In this document: positions 36,768 to 45,079 of the stretch, one piece after another
Position numbering within the stretch: the first letter of the stretch is position 1
How the letters are laid out: the number at the start of each line of letters is the position of its first letter
DNA from: Limisphaerales bacterium
Lineage (GTDB): Bacteria > Verrucomicrobiota > Verrucomicrobiia > Limisphaerales > UBA9464
DNA length: 64,000 nucleotides
Assembly: GCA_965284395.1 (NCBI GenBank)
Contig: OZ260084.1
Location: 3,158,566-3,222,565, forward strand
Reading direction: 5' to 3'
Notes under the pieces: model-generated
Databases searched by the model: none
What the model saw: the letters and a program-made list of their open reading frames with translations, nothing else
Told to the model about the DNA's origin: nothing
Made by a program: the position numbers and the translations under genes

Positions 36768-38705
36768 ATGAGTGACCTACAAGTGCTGCAGCAGACGTTG
36801 GACCGGACCGTGGCGCGTGCCCGGATGGTGCGGGCGTGGCGAGGATTGTGGCGCGGGATGCTGGTGGGGGCGGTGGTCTATCTGGCCTGCCTCGCGGCCT
36901 ACAAGCTGGCGCCGTTGCCGTGGGCGGTGGTGCAGGCGGGTCTGGTCGGTGGCCTGTTCGCGGTCGTGGCTGGTTTGGCTTGGGGGCTCATGCACCGCGT
37001 CACGACGGACGAGGCGGCGCGGTTCCTGGATCTGCGTGCGGGCCTCAAGGAACGGCTGAGCACGGCGCTGGAAATGGCGAAGCAGGGCAAGGAGGACCGT
37101 TGGGCCCAGCTTTTGATCGCCGATGCCAGCGTCTCGGCGCGGACGGTGGATGCCCGCCGGGTGCTGCCGTTTGAACTTCCATCGTTTTCCCGCTGGGTGG
37201 TTCTGGCACTGGCGCTCGGTGCCGGGCTGGGTTTTGTCCCGGAGTACCGGACGAAGGCGCAGCAGCAGCAGGCGCAGGATGCGGGCGTGATCAAGGATAC
37301 CGGCAAGAATCTGGTCCAGGTGACCAAGCGTGAGGTCGCCGAGCGCAAGCCGGCGATGGAGCAGACGCGGAAGGCGTTGGATGAGGTCCAGGAACTGGGC
37401 GAGCGGTTGCAGAGCGCGAAACTCAATCGGGATGATGCGCTTCGGGATCTGGCCAAGGTCACGGATACGATGAAGCAGCAAGCCCTGGACCTGGCGAAGA
37501 ATCCGGCCCTGCGGAAGCTGGAGAAGGCTGCGAGGAATTCGGGTACGACACCGAACACGACTCCGGCGTCCCTCCAGAAGCAGATGGATTCCCTTCAGAA
37601 GGCGCTGGGTGACCGCGCGGACCAAGGCGAGGCCATGAAGGACATGCAAAAGCAGTTGGACAAGATGAAGGAGGAGGCGAAGGGGTTGGCGGACAAGACC
37701 GGCGCCGCAGCGGAGCAGGCAAAGAAGGATCTCGCCAAGTCGTTGGCGGAACTCTCGCGTCAGGCGGAGTCGATGGACATGCCGATGGAGAGCCTGGCCG
37801 ACGCCGCTGAGGCGCTGAAGAACGCGGACATCGATCAGTTCGTGAAGGATCTGGGCATCGCCGAGAAGGATCTGGAGAAGCTGGCGGACATGGCCAAGCA
37901 GTTGGCGAAGATGCAGGCGCAGGCCGACAAGCTGGGCAAGGACCTGGCGGAACAGTTGAAGAACGGCCAGGCCGAGGCGGCGGGAGATACGCTGCGCAAG
38001 ATGATCGAGCAGCTCCAGATGGGGAATCTTTCCAAGGAACAGTTGCAGAAGCTGGCGGAGGAGGCGTCCAAGGCCGCCAAGCCCGGCGAGCAGTACGGCA
38101 AGGTGGGCGAGTTGCTGAAGCAGGCGGCCGGCCAATGCCAGAACGGAGACAAGAAGGGTGGATCGGAAAGCCTGGCCGCAGCCCAGAAGGAACTTCAGGA
38201 GTTGATGGACCAGATGGGCGACGCACAGGCGATGATGGCCGCGCTCCAGAACCTCCAGAAGGCCCAGATGTGCATCGGCAACGGCCAGTGCTGGGGGCAA
38301 TGCAAGAATCCCGGTGCGCCGAGGGCAGGCAAGGGCGGCAAGGGTGGCAAGGGCGTCGGCACGTGGTCGGAGAACGACGCGTGGTCTATGCCCGAGGAAA
38401 TTTCCGACCTTTGGGACAACTCGGGACTCAATCGCCCGGACATGGCGGGCAAGGGGCATACCGACCGGGACATCAACCAGCCTGACGGATTGGTGCCGAC
38501 CAAGGTCAAGGGTCAGCTCCAGCCAGGTGGACCCATGCCGAGCATCACCTTGAAGGGCGTCAGTGCGAAGGGTGAGAGCCGCGTGCAGTACGCGGAGGCG
38601 GTGGCGGCGGCGCAGTCCGATGCCCAATCCGCGCTCAACCAGGAGCAGGTGCCGAAGGCGTACAAGAACGCGGTCCGGGACTACTTTGATGACCTGAAGC
38701 GCTGA
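36768..38705 (+). CDS. Membrane-anchored giant coiled-coil protein (645 aa), function unknown
   Basis: two N-terminal TM helices, ~400 aa Lys/Glu/Ala/Gln-rich heptad region, Cys/Gly-rich 'CIGNGQCWGQCKNPGAPRAGKGGKGGKG' segment, conserved-looking C-terminus. Confidence 0.65.
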   Translation: MSDLQVLQQTLDRTVARARMVRAWRGLWRGMLVGAVVYLACLAAYKLAPLPWAVVQAGLVGGLFAVVAGLAWGLMHRVTTDEAARFLDLRAGLKERLSTALEMAKQGKEDRWAQLLIADASVSARTVDARRVLPFELPSFSRWVVLALALGAGLGFVPEYRTKAQQQQAQDAGVIKDTGKNLVQVTKREVAERKPAMEQTRKALDEVQELGERLQSAKLNRDDALRDLAKVTDTMKQQALDLAKNPALRKLEKAARNSGTTPNTTPASLQKQMDSLQKALGDRADQGEAMKDMQKQLDKMKEEAKGLADKTGAAAEQAKKDLAKSLAELSRQAESMDMPMESLADAAEALKNADIDQFVKDLGIAEKDLEKLADMAKQLAKMQAQADKLGKDLAEQLKNGQAEAAGDTLRKMIEQLQMGNLSKEQLQKLAEEASKAAKPGEQYGKVGELLKQAAGQCQNGDKKGGSESLAAAQKELQELMDQMGDAQAMMAALQNLQKAQMCIGNGQCWGQCKNPGAPRAGKGGKGGKGVGTWSENDAWSMPEEISDLWDNSGLNRPDMAGKGHTDRDINQPDGLVPTKVKGQLQPGGPMPSITLKGVSAKGESRVQYAEAVAAAQSDAQSALNQEQVPKAYKNAVRDYFDDLKR

Positions 38706-38766
38706 GCTTCACAAAACTCGGTTGGCCCAAGGGGATGGATGCCGGTAAGCTTGCCGGCACCTATCC

Positions 38767-39762
38767 ATGAAAGCCGCCGTCATCCAGGGTATTCAGGAGC
38801 TCCTCGTTGATTCCGTTCCCACCCCCAGTGCCGCGCCGGGGGAGGCGGTCGTCCGGTTGCGGGCCGCTGCGCTCAATCACCGGGATGTCTGGATCAAGCA
38901 GGGAGCTTACGCCGGCCTGAAGTTTCCGATCATTCCGGGCTCGGATGGCGCGGGTGTGGTGGTGGAAGTGGGGCCGGGTGTGGACGAGTCTTGGGTGGGT
39001 CGGGACGTCATCATCAATCCCTCCCTCGATTGGGGACATGATCCCCGGGCGCAGGAGCCTCGCTTCCAGATCCTGGGACTCCCCCGCGACGGCACGTTGG
39101 CGGAGTACATTTCGATACCGGCGACTCAGTTGGCGCCCAAACCCGCGCATCTGGATTGGGCTGAGGCGGCGGCACTCCCGCTGGCTGGCTTGACGGCTTT
39201 CCGCGCTGTCTTCAGCCGCGCCCACCTCAAGGATCATGAGAAAATCCTGATCAACGGCATCGGTGCTGGGACCGCGCTGTTCGCGCTGCAATTTGCCGTG
39301 GCGGCCGGAGCACTGCCCTGTGTGACGTCGAGCTCGGAGGAGAAGTTGCGCAAGGCCCATGATCTGGGCGCCAAGGCCGGAGCTCTCTACACCGCTTCAG
39401 GCTGGGCGCGGGAGTTTGGCGAGCACCACGGGCCGTTCGACGTGATCGTCGACAGCGCGGGTGGCGAGGGGTTTGGGGATCTGGTGGACCTGGCGGCTGC
39501 CGGCGGACGGATCGTGTTCTTCGGGGCGACGCGGGGAAATCCGCCCGAGTTGCCCATGCGGAAAGTGTTCTGGAAACAGCTCTCGCTGCTGGGCACCACA
39601 ATGGGGAGTCCGACGGATTTCCAGATGATGACGGCCTACGTGGCGCGCCACGCCATCCACCCGGTGATCAGCCACCGGTTCAAGCTCGACGATGTAGCGG
39701 AGGCTTTTGCGCTGATGGAGGCGGGCGGTCAGTTCGGGAAGATCGTCGTCGAACTGGAGTGA
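38767..39762 (+). CDS. Zinc-binding alcohol dehydrogenase / quinone oxidoreductase family (MDR superfamily)
   Basis: GroES-like N-domain 'GEAVVRLRAAALNHRDVWIKQG', Rossmann 'ILINGIGAGTALFALQFA'. Confidence 0.85.
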   Translation: MKAAVIQGIQELLVDSVPTPSAAPGEAVVRLRAAALNHRDVWIKQGAYAGLKFPIIPGSDGAGVVVEVGPGVDESWVGRDVIINPSLDWGHDPRAQEPRFQILGLPRDGTLAEYISIPATQLAPKPAHLDWAEAAALPLAGLTAFRAVFSRAHLKDHEKILINGIGAGTALFALQFAVAAGALPCVTSSSEEKLRKAHDLGAKAGALYTASGWAREFGEHHGPFDVIVDSAGGEGFGDLVDLAAAGGRIVFFGATRGNPPELPMRKVFWKQLSLLGTTMGSPTDFQMMTAYVARHAIHPVISHRFKLDDVAEAFALMEAGGQFGKIVVELE

Positions 39763-39769
39763 GCGTAGA

Positions 39770-39955
39770 AACCGCGGTTGGATCCACAGATTACAGCGAT
39801 TCTACGGATTGGAAGCCGGTTGGGAGAGGCTGTCGTTTCACCCCACGGGTGACATGGAAACAGCGGGGCTGCGAGGCCCCTCGTCCCGGCCCATCTGTGA
39901 AATCCGTGAAATCTGTGGATAACCCAACTGCCGATTCTAGGTTCAGACAACCGCG
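39770..39955. repeat. Intergenic TIR-bearing repeat element, copy B
   Basis: arms ggatccacagatt / aatctgtggat; 3x9-bp array atctgtgaa-atccgtgaa-atctgtgga; shared block aactgccgattctaggttca; between convergent gene ends. Confidence 0.5.
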
Positions 39956-39998
39956 ATTTCCGCAGCCATGCGTGAGACTGCTACCGCATGGATACGGC

Positions 39999-40928
39999 TC
40001 AGTAGGTCGCGCGCACCCGATAGAAGCGATTGGGATCGCCGCTGGGATCGACCACGACCGCCGGGTAAGTCTTCGCGGCGGAGTCGGTGGGTAGGTCCGT
40101 GCCCGAGTAGACCTTGGCCGGAATGGCTTCCGGGGGAAGGTTGGTGAGCGCGTGCCAGTTCGGCGGGAACTCCGTCGTGTATTCCACGAAGTTGGTCCGA
40201 CCTGCGACCGGGTTCCACGTGACTTCCGTGAGACCGTCCTGGCGGTTGTGAACGCGGACACGGAGCAGGGTGACGTCGCAGTAGACGAGGTCCGCCAGAT
40301 CGACGAATCGGACGCCATCCGCACGGGTGGCAAGCTTGAGGAGGGGTAGTTCGCCGAAGGGAGATCCAGCGTTGACGATCAGGTTGGGCGCATTGGTCGG
40401 CGTGGTGGCGGCCACGTACCGCGTGAAGCTGTTCCAGGCCGTGAGAGTGTTGGTCCCGCTGATCACCCGACCAAAGACGGTGAATCCGCCGGAATTGTTG
40501 GTGTTGTCGAGGGCGGTGTTGTTCTGGAGGTTGATGAAGAACTGGGAGTTGGCGGAGTTCGGATCGGCCGTCTTGGCCATCGCGATCGTCCCGGCAACGT
40601 TCGAGAAGAATGGGCCAACCCCGTATTCGTTGGTGATGTTCGCCCGGGATGTGACGTTGGCGACGGTGTTCGAGGACGTGCCGCGGTTGGCGACACGGAA
40701 TCCCCCGCCCTGGATCACGAAATTCGGCACCGCCCGGTGGAAGAACATGTCCCGATAAGCGCCGTCAGCTACGTAACGGACGAAGTTGGTCGAAGTGATC
40801 GGCTTTTCGGTGTCGTACAACTCCACTTCGACATCGCCGAGGACGGTCCGGAACTGGACGACGGTGCCGGCATTCAGGCTGAAGGTCGCGGAGGCGATCA
40901 ACGCGATGGCAAGGCGGGATCGGTGCAT
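39999..40928 (-). CDS. Secreted cyclophilin-type peptidyl-prolyl isomerase with C-terminal conserved module
   Basis: signal peptide 'MHRSRLAIALIASATFSLNA'; 'FHRAVPNFVIQGGGF' and 'SQFFINL' cyclophilin motifs; ~110-aa C-terminal extension ending 'NRFYRVRATY'. Confidence 0.85.
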   Translation of the reverse strand: MHRSRLAIALIASATFSLNAGTVVQFRTVLGDVEVELYDTEKPITSTNFVRYVADGAYRDMFFHRAVPNFVIQGGGFRVANRGTSSNTVANVTSRANITNEYGVGPFFSNVAGTIAMAKTADPNSANSQFFINLQNNTALDNTNNSGGFTVFGRVISGTNTLTAWNSFTRYVAATTPTNAPNLIVNAGSPFGELPLLKLATRADGVRFVDLADLVYCDVTLLRVRVHNRQDGLTEVTWNPVAGRTNFVEYTTEFPPNWHALTNLPPEAIPAKVYSGTDLPTDSAAKTYPAVVVDPSGDPNRFYRVRATY

Positions 40929-40938
40929 GATGTGGACT

Positions 40939-41772
40939 TCAGGATTTCTTCTTGCTGGAAAGCTTGGCCGGCCGGATGGCCTTGGCAGCGATCTGTTCGA
41001 GCCCATCGTGGATGTGGCCGTTATTGGAGTTGAGTGAGTATTTGTAGTCCTCGCCCGGGAGCGCGTTGATCTCGAACCGGCCTCCGGCCCGCTGGAGGAT
41101 CAAGCCGCCTGCGGCGACGTCCCAGAGGCGGATGCCAGCCTCGATGTAGCCGTCGAAGCGGCCATCGGCTACGTACGTGAGGGCGAGCGCGGCGGAGCCC
41201 ATGAGCCGGATCTTGCGGACCTGGTGAACGAGTTCGCCGAAGACAGGAAGCATCTGGTTCAGTGAGCCCGCGCTCTTGGCGAAGCCCATGGAAACGATGG
41301 CTTCGCCAAGGGTCTTCCGGGAACTGACCTGGATCCGGCGCCCGTTCATCCGCGCCGGTCCGGTGGCGGTGGCGGTCCACGTCTCGTCCATGAACGGGTC
41401 ATGAACGACGCCCGCGACGGTCTCAAATCCATCGGCACTCCGAGCCTGCAATGCGATGCTGACGCAGGCATGCGGGATGCCGTGAGCGTAGTTTACGGTG
41501 CCATCGATTGGATCCACGACCCAGCGCGCCGCGGCCGCTTCGGCCGCTTCGTCGCGTCCCTCCTCGCCGAGGACGGGGATGTCCGGGAAGTCCTTGGCGA
41601 GCGTCCGCGTGATGAGCCGCTGGCACCGGACGTCCAGCTCGAGCTTGATGTCGTGTGGCGTGGATTCGTTGACCTTCTTGGTGCGCCGCAGGTGGGCACG
41701 CATGAGTTGGCCGGCAGCACGGGCCGCGGCTTCGGCGGACTTCAAGGCGGGGAGGACCGAGGAGGACTTCAT
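40939..41772 (-). CDS. Inositol monophosphatase family protein (SuhB-like)
   Basis: 'WVVDPIDGTVNYAHGIPHACVSIAL' and 'WDVAAG' IMPase motifs. Confidence 0.8.
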   Translation of the reverse strand: MKSSSVLPALKSAEAAARAAGQLMRAHLRRTKKVNESTPHDIKLELDVRCQRLITRTLAKDFPDIPVLGEEGRDEAAEAAAARWVVDPIDGTVNYAHGIPHACVSIALQARSADGFETVAGVVHDPFMDETWTATATGPARMNGRRIQVSSRKTLGEAIVSMGFAKSAGSLNQMLPVFGELVHQVRKIRLMGSAALALTYVADGRFDGYIEAGIRLWDVAAGGLILQRAGGRFEINALPGEDYKYSLNSNNGHIHDGLEQIAAKAIRPAKLSSKKKS

Positions 41773-41826
41773 TCCAGACAAGGATGGGGAGGTTACTGGA
41801 AAGCGGACAAATCCCAAGGCTGAAGA

Positions 41827-43560
41827 CTAGGGGAGGACTTCCCGCCGTTCAGCGAGGGACTGGACGAGTTGGGAACGCTTTTCCTCGATGAGCCCTTCCT
41901 CGGAGGCCCGGAGGGCTTCGAGCAGGTCGCGGCCTTCCAGGAGCCGACCCATGCAAACGTAGGATGCGCCTGCTTCAATGAGCCGTGGGGCCTCGCCGAG
42001 GACTTCCGCTGGCGCGATGATCCGGGCCTTGGGGTTCACCTCGCGCAGGCTGCGGACCAGCTTTTCGTTGGTGATGCCCTTGAGAAGGCTGTCGGGCACC
42101 GTGCAGATGAGGACCTCGGCATTGGCGATTCCGGCGTGGAGCAGGGTGTCGCGTTGGCTGATATCGCCGTAGATGACCGGGATGCCCCGGGACTTGAGCT
42201 CGGCGTGGACCATCGGGTTGAAGTCGACCACGGCCACGTCCTTCAGGAGGTCCGGCGCATGCCGTTCGATCTCGTCGAGGAGGGAGCTGGCGGCCCGGAA
42301 AAACCCAAGGAACAGGATCCGGGCGCCGTGGCCATGGCCGGCGGCATCGGCGGCATGCGATGGGTGGGAGGCATCGAGATCCTGAAGGCCGAGGCGCTTG
42401 AGGCGGGGAATGAGCCAACGGATGAGACCGTCGGAACGGACCATGCCGAACGTCGAGACGGTGGCGAGGATGACAAAGGCCAGGGAGGTCATGTCCTTCG
42501 CGAGGGGGCCGACGTGCTTGAACTTGTCGCTGGCACCGAGTTCGAGCAGCACCAGGGAAAACTCGGAGACCTGGGCGAGGTTGATGGCGGGAAGCAGGCT
42601 GGCGCGCAGGCCCTGCCGGAGTCGGTAGAGTGGGGTGAAGGTCGTGACTAGGCGGCTGACGACCGTGAAGGCACCGAAGGCCAGCGCCCAGCCAACGACG
42701 GTCATTCCCGGCATCTGGATCTTCATGCCGAGGCCGACGAAAAAGAGGGTCACGAAGAAGTCCCGGAGGCTGGTGACCTTGGCGGTGACGTCGAGGGCGT
42801 ACGGGAACGTCGACAGGGCGACACCGGCCACCAGCGCCCCCATCTCGCGGGAGAGATGGAGGCGTTCGGCGAATTCGCCGACGAGGAAACACCATCCGAT
42901 GGCACCGACGAGGACGAGTTCCGGGAGGCGCGCCACCTTGTGGAACAGTGGGGGCAGGACGTACTTGCTGACCAGCAGGGCGGCTCCGACGAGGATTCCA
43001 ACCCGGAGCAGTGACAGGAGCAGGACGCTGACGGCGAGCTGGTTCAGGTTGGGCTGGATCGCGAGGAACAGGATGGCGAAGAGGTCCTGGAGGACAAGGA
43101 CGCCGAGCGTCACGCGTCCTGGCAGGGTGTCGAGTTCGCGCTTTTCGTACAGGACCTTGACGATGATGACCGTGCTGCTCATCGCGGCTGCTGCGCCGAG
43201 GTAGAGCGCGTCCCAGCTTCCGGAACCCAACTTGAATCCGAGCAGACGAAACACGGCTGTCCCAAGCGCGAAGCCGCCAAAGATCTGCACGAGGGCGGTG
43301 ACCGTGATCGACTTTCCCGCGCTGATGATCTTCTTCAGGTCGATCTCCAGCCCGATCATGAAGAGCAGGAAGATCAGGCCGAGCTCCGAGATCGTGGCGA
43401 TGGATTCCTGGTTTGTGACCCAGGACAGCGTCGATGGACCGAGAACGAAGCCGGCGGCCAGGTACGCGAGGATGATTGGTTGCCGGGCCAGTTGGGCCGC
43501 GAGTCCCAGAAGCCAGGCGGCGGCGGTACACAGGGCAATGTCTCGGATGAGCTCGTGCAT
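41827..43560 (-). CDS. CPA2-family cation:proton antiporter with C-terminal RCK/TrkA-N domain (KefB-like)
   Basis: 12-13 TM Na_H_Exchanger core, then Rossmann 'ILFLGFFRAASSLLD' regulatory domain; start taken as MHELIRD. Confidence 0.8.
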   Translation of the reverse strand: MHELIRDIALCTAAAWLLGLAAQLARQPIILAYLAAGFVLGPSTLSWVTNQESIATISELGLIFLLFMIGLEIDLKKIISAGKSITVTALVQIFGGFALGTAVFRLLGFKLGSGSWDALYLGAAAAMSSTVIIVKVLYEKRELDTLPGRVTLGVLVLQDLFAILFLAIQPNLNQLAVSVLLLSLLRVGILVGAALLVSKYVLPPLFHKVARLPELVLVGAIGWCFLVGEFAERLHLSREMGALVAGVALSTFPYALDVTAKVTSLRDFFVTLFFVGLGMKIQMPGMTVVGWALAFGAFTVVSRLVTTFTPLYRLRQGLRASLLPAINLAQVSEFSLVLLELGASDKFKHVGPLAKDMTSLAFVILATVSTFGMVRSDGLIRWLIPRLKRLGLQDLDASHPSHAADAAGHGHGARILFLGFFRAASSLLDEIERHAPDLLKDVAVVDFNPMVHAELKSRGIPVIYGDISQRDTLLHAGIANAEVLICTVPDSLLKGITNEKLVRSLREVNPKARIIAPAEVLGEAPRLIEAGASYVCMGRLLEGRDLLEALRASEEGLIEEKRSQLVQSLAERREVLP

Positions 43561-43744
43561 GGTCGGTCGTCTCGTCGAACCGGGTTCGACTGCCAAGCCG
43601 CCCGGGCGGGCGGCGGGGCTGATACTGCCGTGGAGGATTGACGGGTCAACGCGTGGTTGTGCAATTCGCGAAGTGAGGGGACTGGATGGCTCCGCTTCGA
43701 AGCGGGGGCTCGCGTCGCAGGGGCGGTGGGTTCAAGGTTCCGGA

Positions 43745-45016
43745 GTGTCGAATCGCAAGCGAGTGGTGGTACTGGGTGCAGGCTTCGCCGGGCTGACCTT
43801 CTGTCGATCGTTCCAGCACGCCGGAGCAGAAGTCATCCTGATCGATCGCCAGAACCATCACCTGTTCCAGCCGTTGTTGTACCAGGTCGCGACGGCGGGC
43901 CTGTCGGATTCGGAGATTGCCCAGCCGATCCGCTCCATTCTTTCGGAACGACCCGATGTTCAGGTGCGGTTGGCGGAGATCCACGACGTGGACGTGGTCC
44001 AGCGTCGGGTGACCACCTCGGTGGGTGAGATCGGCTACGACTATCTGGTGGTGGGGTTGGGAGGGCGGACAAGCTACTTCGGGCATCCGGAGTGGGAGCA
44101 GCATGCCCCCGGTCTCAAGTCATTGGAGGATGCGGAGCGGATCCGGCACGGCCTGCTGCTCGCCTTTGAGCGTGCCGAGAACGTCAGCGACGAGACGGAG
44201 CGAAGGCGATTGATGACCATCGTGGTGGTGGGGGGCGGCCCGACCGGGGTAGAGTTGGCAGGAGCCTGCGCCGAGTTGACGCGAGTCGTCCTGAAGGCGG
44301 ATTTCCGGAGGATCGATCCTGGGCAGGCGCGGGTGATTCTGATCGAGGGTGGGGCGAGGTTGCTGGGCCAGTTTCCGGCCGAATTGGGAGATGAGGCGCG
44401 CGCTGAGCTGGAGCGGATGGGGGTTGAGGTGCGGTGTGGAGTTCGTGTCCGGGATATCCGCGCCGGGGAAGTGGAGGTGGAAGGCGAGGTGATCCAGGCA
44501 GGCAACATCCTTTGGGGCGCTGGCGTTTCTGCCTCGCCACTTACCGCGCGCCTCGGGGCTCCGATCGATCGGGCCGGAAGGGTCAAGGTCGAGCCGGACC
44601 TAAGCCTTCCGGGACGGCCCGAGGTTTTTGCCATCGGAGATCTTGCGGCGGTCGTCGACAAGGACGGACAGGTGGTGCCCGGGGTCTCGCCGGCCGCGAT
44701 GCAGGAGGCGAGGCATGTTGCCCGGCAATTGGAGGCGGAGCTGGACGGAGATCCAGAATCGCGAAGGCCATTCGACTATTGGGACAAAGGGAGCATGGCG
44801 ACCATCGGGCGGTCTGCGGCGGTGGCGAAGTTGGGAGCACTCGAGCTGACCGGGTGGGTGGCCTGGGCGGCTTGGTTGTTCGTGCACCTGATCTTTCTGG
44901 TAGGGTTCCGCAACCGGCTCGCTGTCCTTCTGCAATGGACGTACAGCTACTTCACCTACCGGCGCGGAGCGCGGATCATCTCGGTCGGACACGGCCGGCC
45001 TCCGTCAGCCTGCTGA
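43745..45016 (+). CDS. ndh: Type II NADH dehydrogenase (NDH-2)
   Basis: two dinucleotide-binding motifs 'RVVVLGAGFAGL' and 'IVVVGGGPTGVELAG'; C-terminal amphipathic membrane anchor; GTG start inferred; long upstream ORF extension rejected. Confidence 0.8.
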   Translation: MSNRKRVVVLGAGFAGLTFCRSFQHAGAEVILIDRQNHHLFQPLLYQVATAGLSDSEIAQPIRSILSERPDVQVRLAEIHDVDVVQRRVTTSVGEIGYDYLVVGLGGRTSYFGHPEWEQHAPGLKSLEDAERIRHGLLLAFERAENVSDETERRRLMTIVVVGGGPTGVELAGACAELTRVVLKADFRRIDPGQARVILIEGGARLLGQFPAELGDEARAELERMGVEVRCGVRVRDIRAGEVEVEGEVIQAGNILWGAGVSASPLTARLGAPIDRAGRVKVEPDLSLPGRPEVFAIGDLAAVVDKDGQVVPGVSPAAMQEARHVARQLEAELDGDPESRRPFDYWDKGSMATIGRSAAVAKLGALELTGWVAWAAWLFVHLIFLVGFRNRLAVLLQWTYSYFTYRRGARIISVGHGRPPSAC

Positions 45017-45079
45017 AACAGAAAGGCGGTGGCCGGGTGGCCACCGCCTTGCGGTTCCGTGAGAAGTCTCGACCGGAAG

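Noticed and set aside
39770-39955. DnaA-box-like 9-mers (ttatccaca on the complement) suggesting oriC
   Set aside because: Three dispersed copies of the same repeat; no dnaA/dnaN/gyrB context or AT-rich DUE; more consistent with a MITE/REP family.
43232-43744. Upstream extension of the NDH-2 ORF
   Set aside because: It overlaps the CPA2 gene on the opposite strand and its Arg/Ser-rich sequence is not protein-like; the dinucleotide-binding motif begins right after the GTG at 43745.
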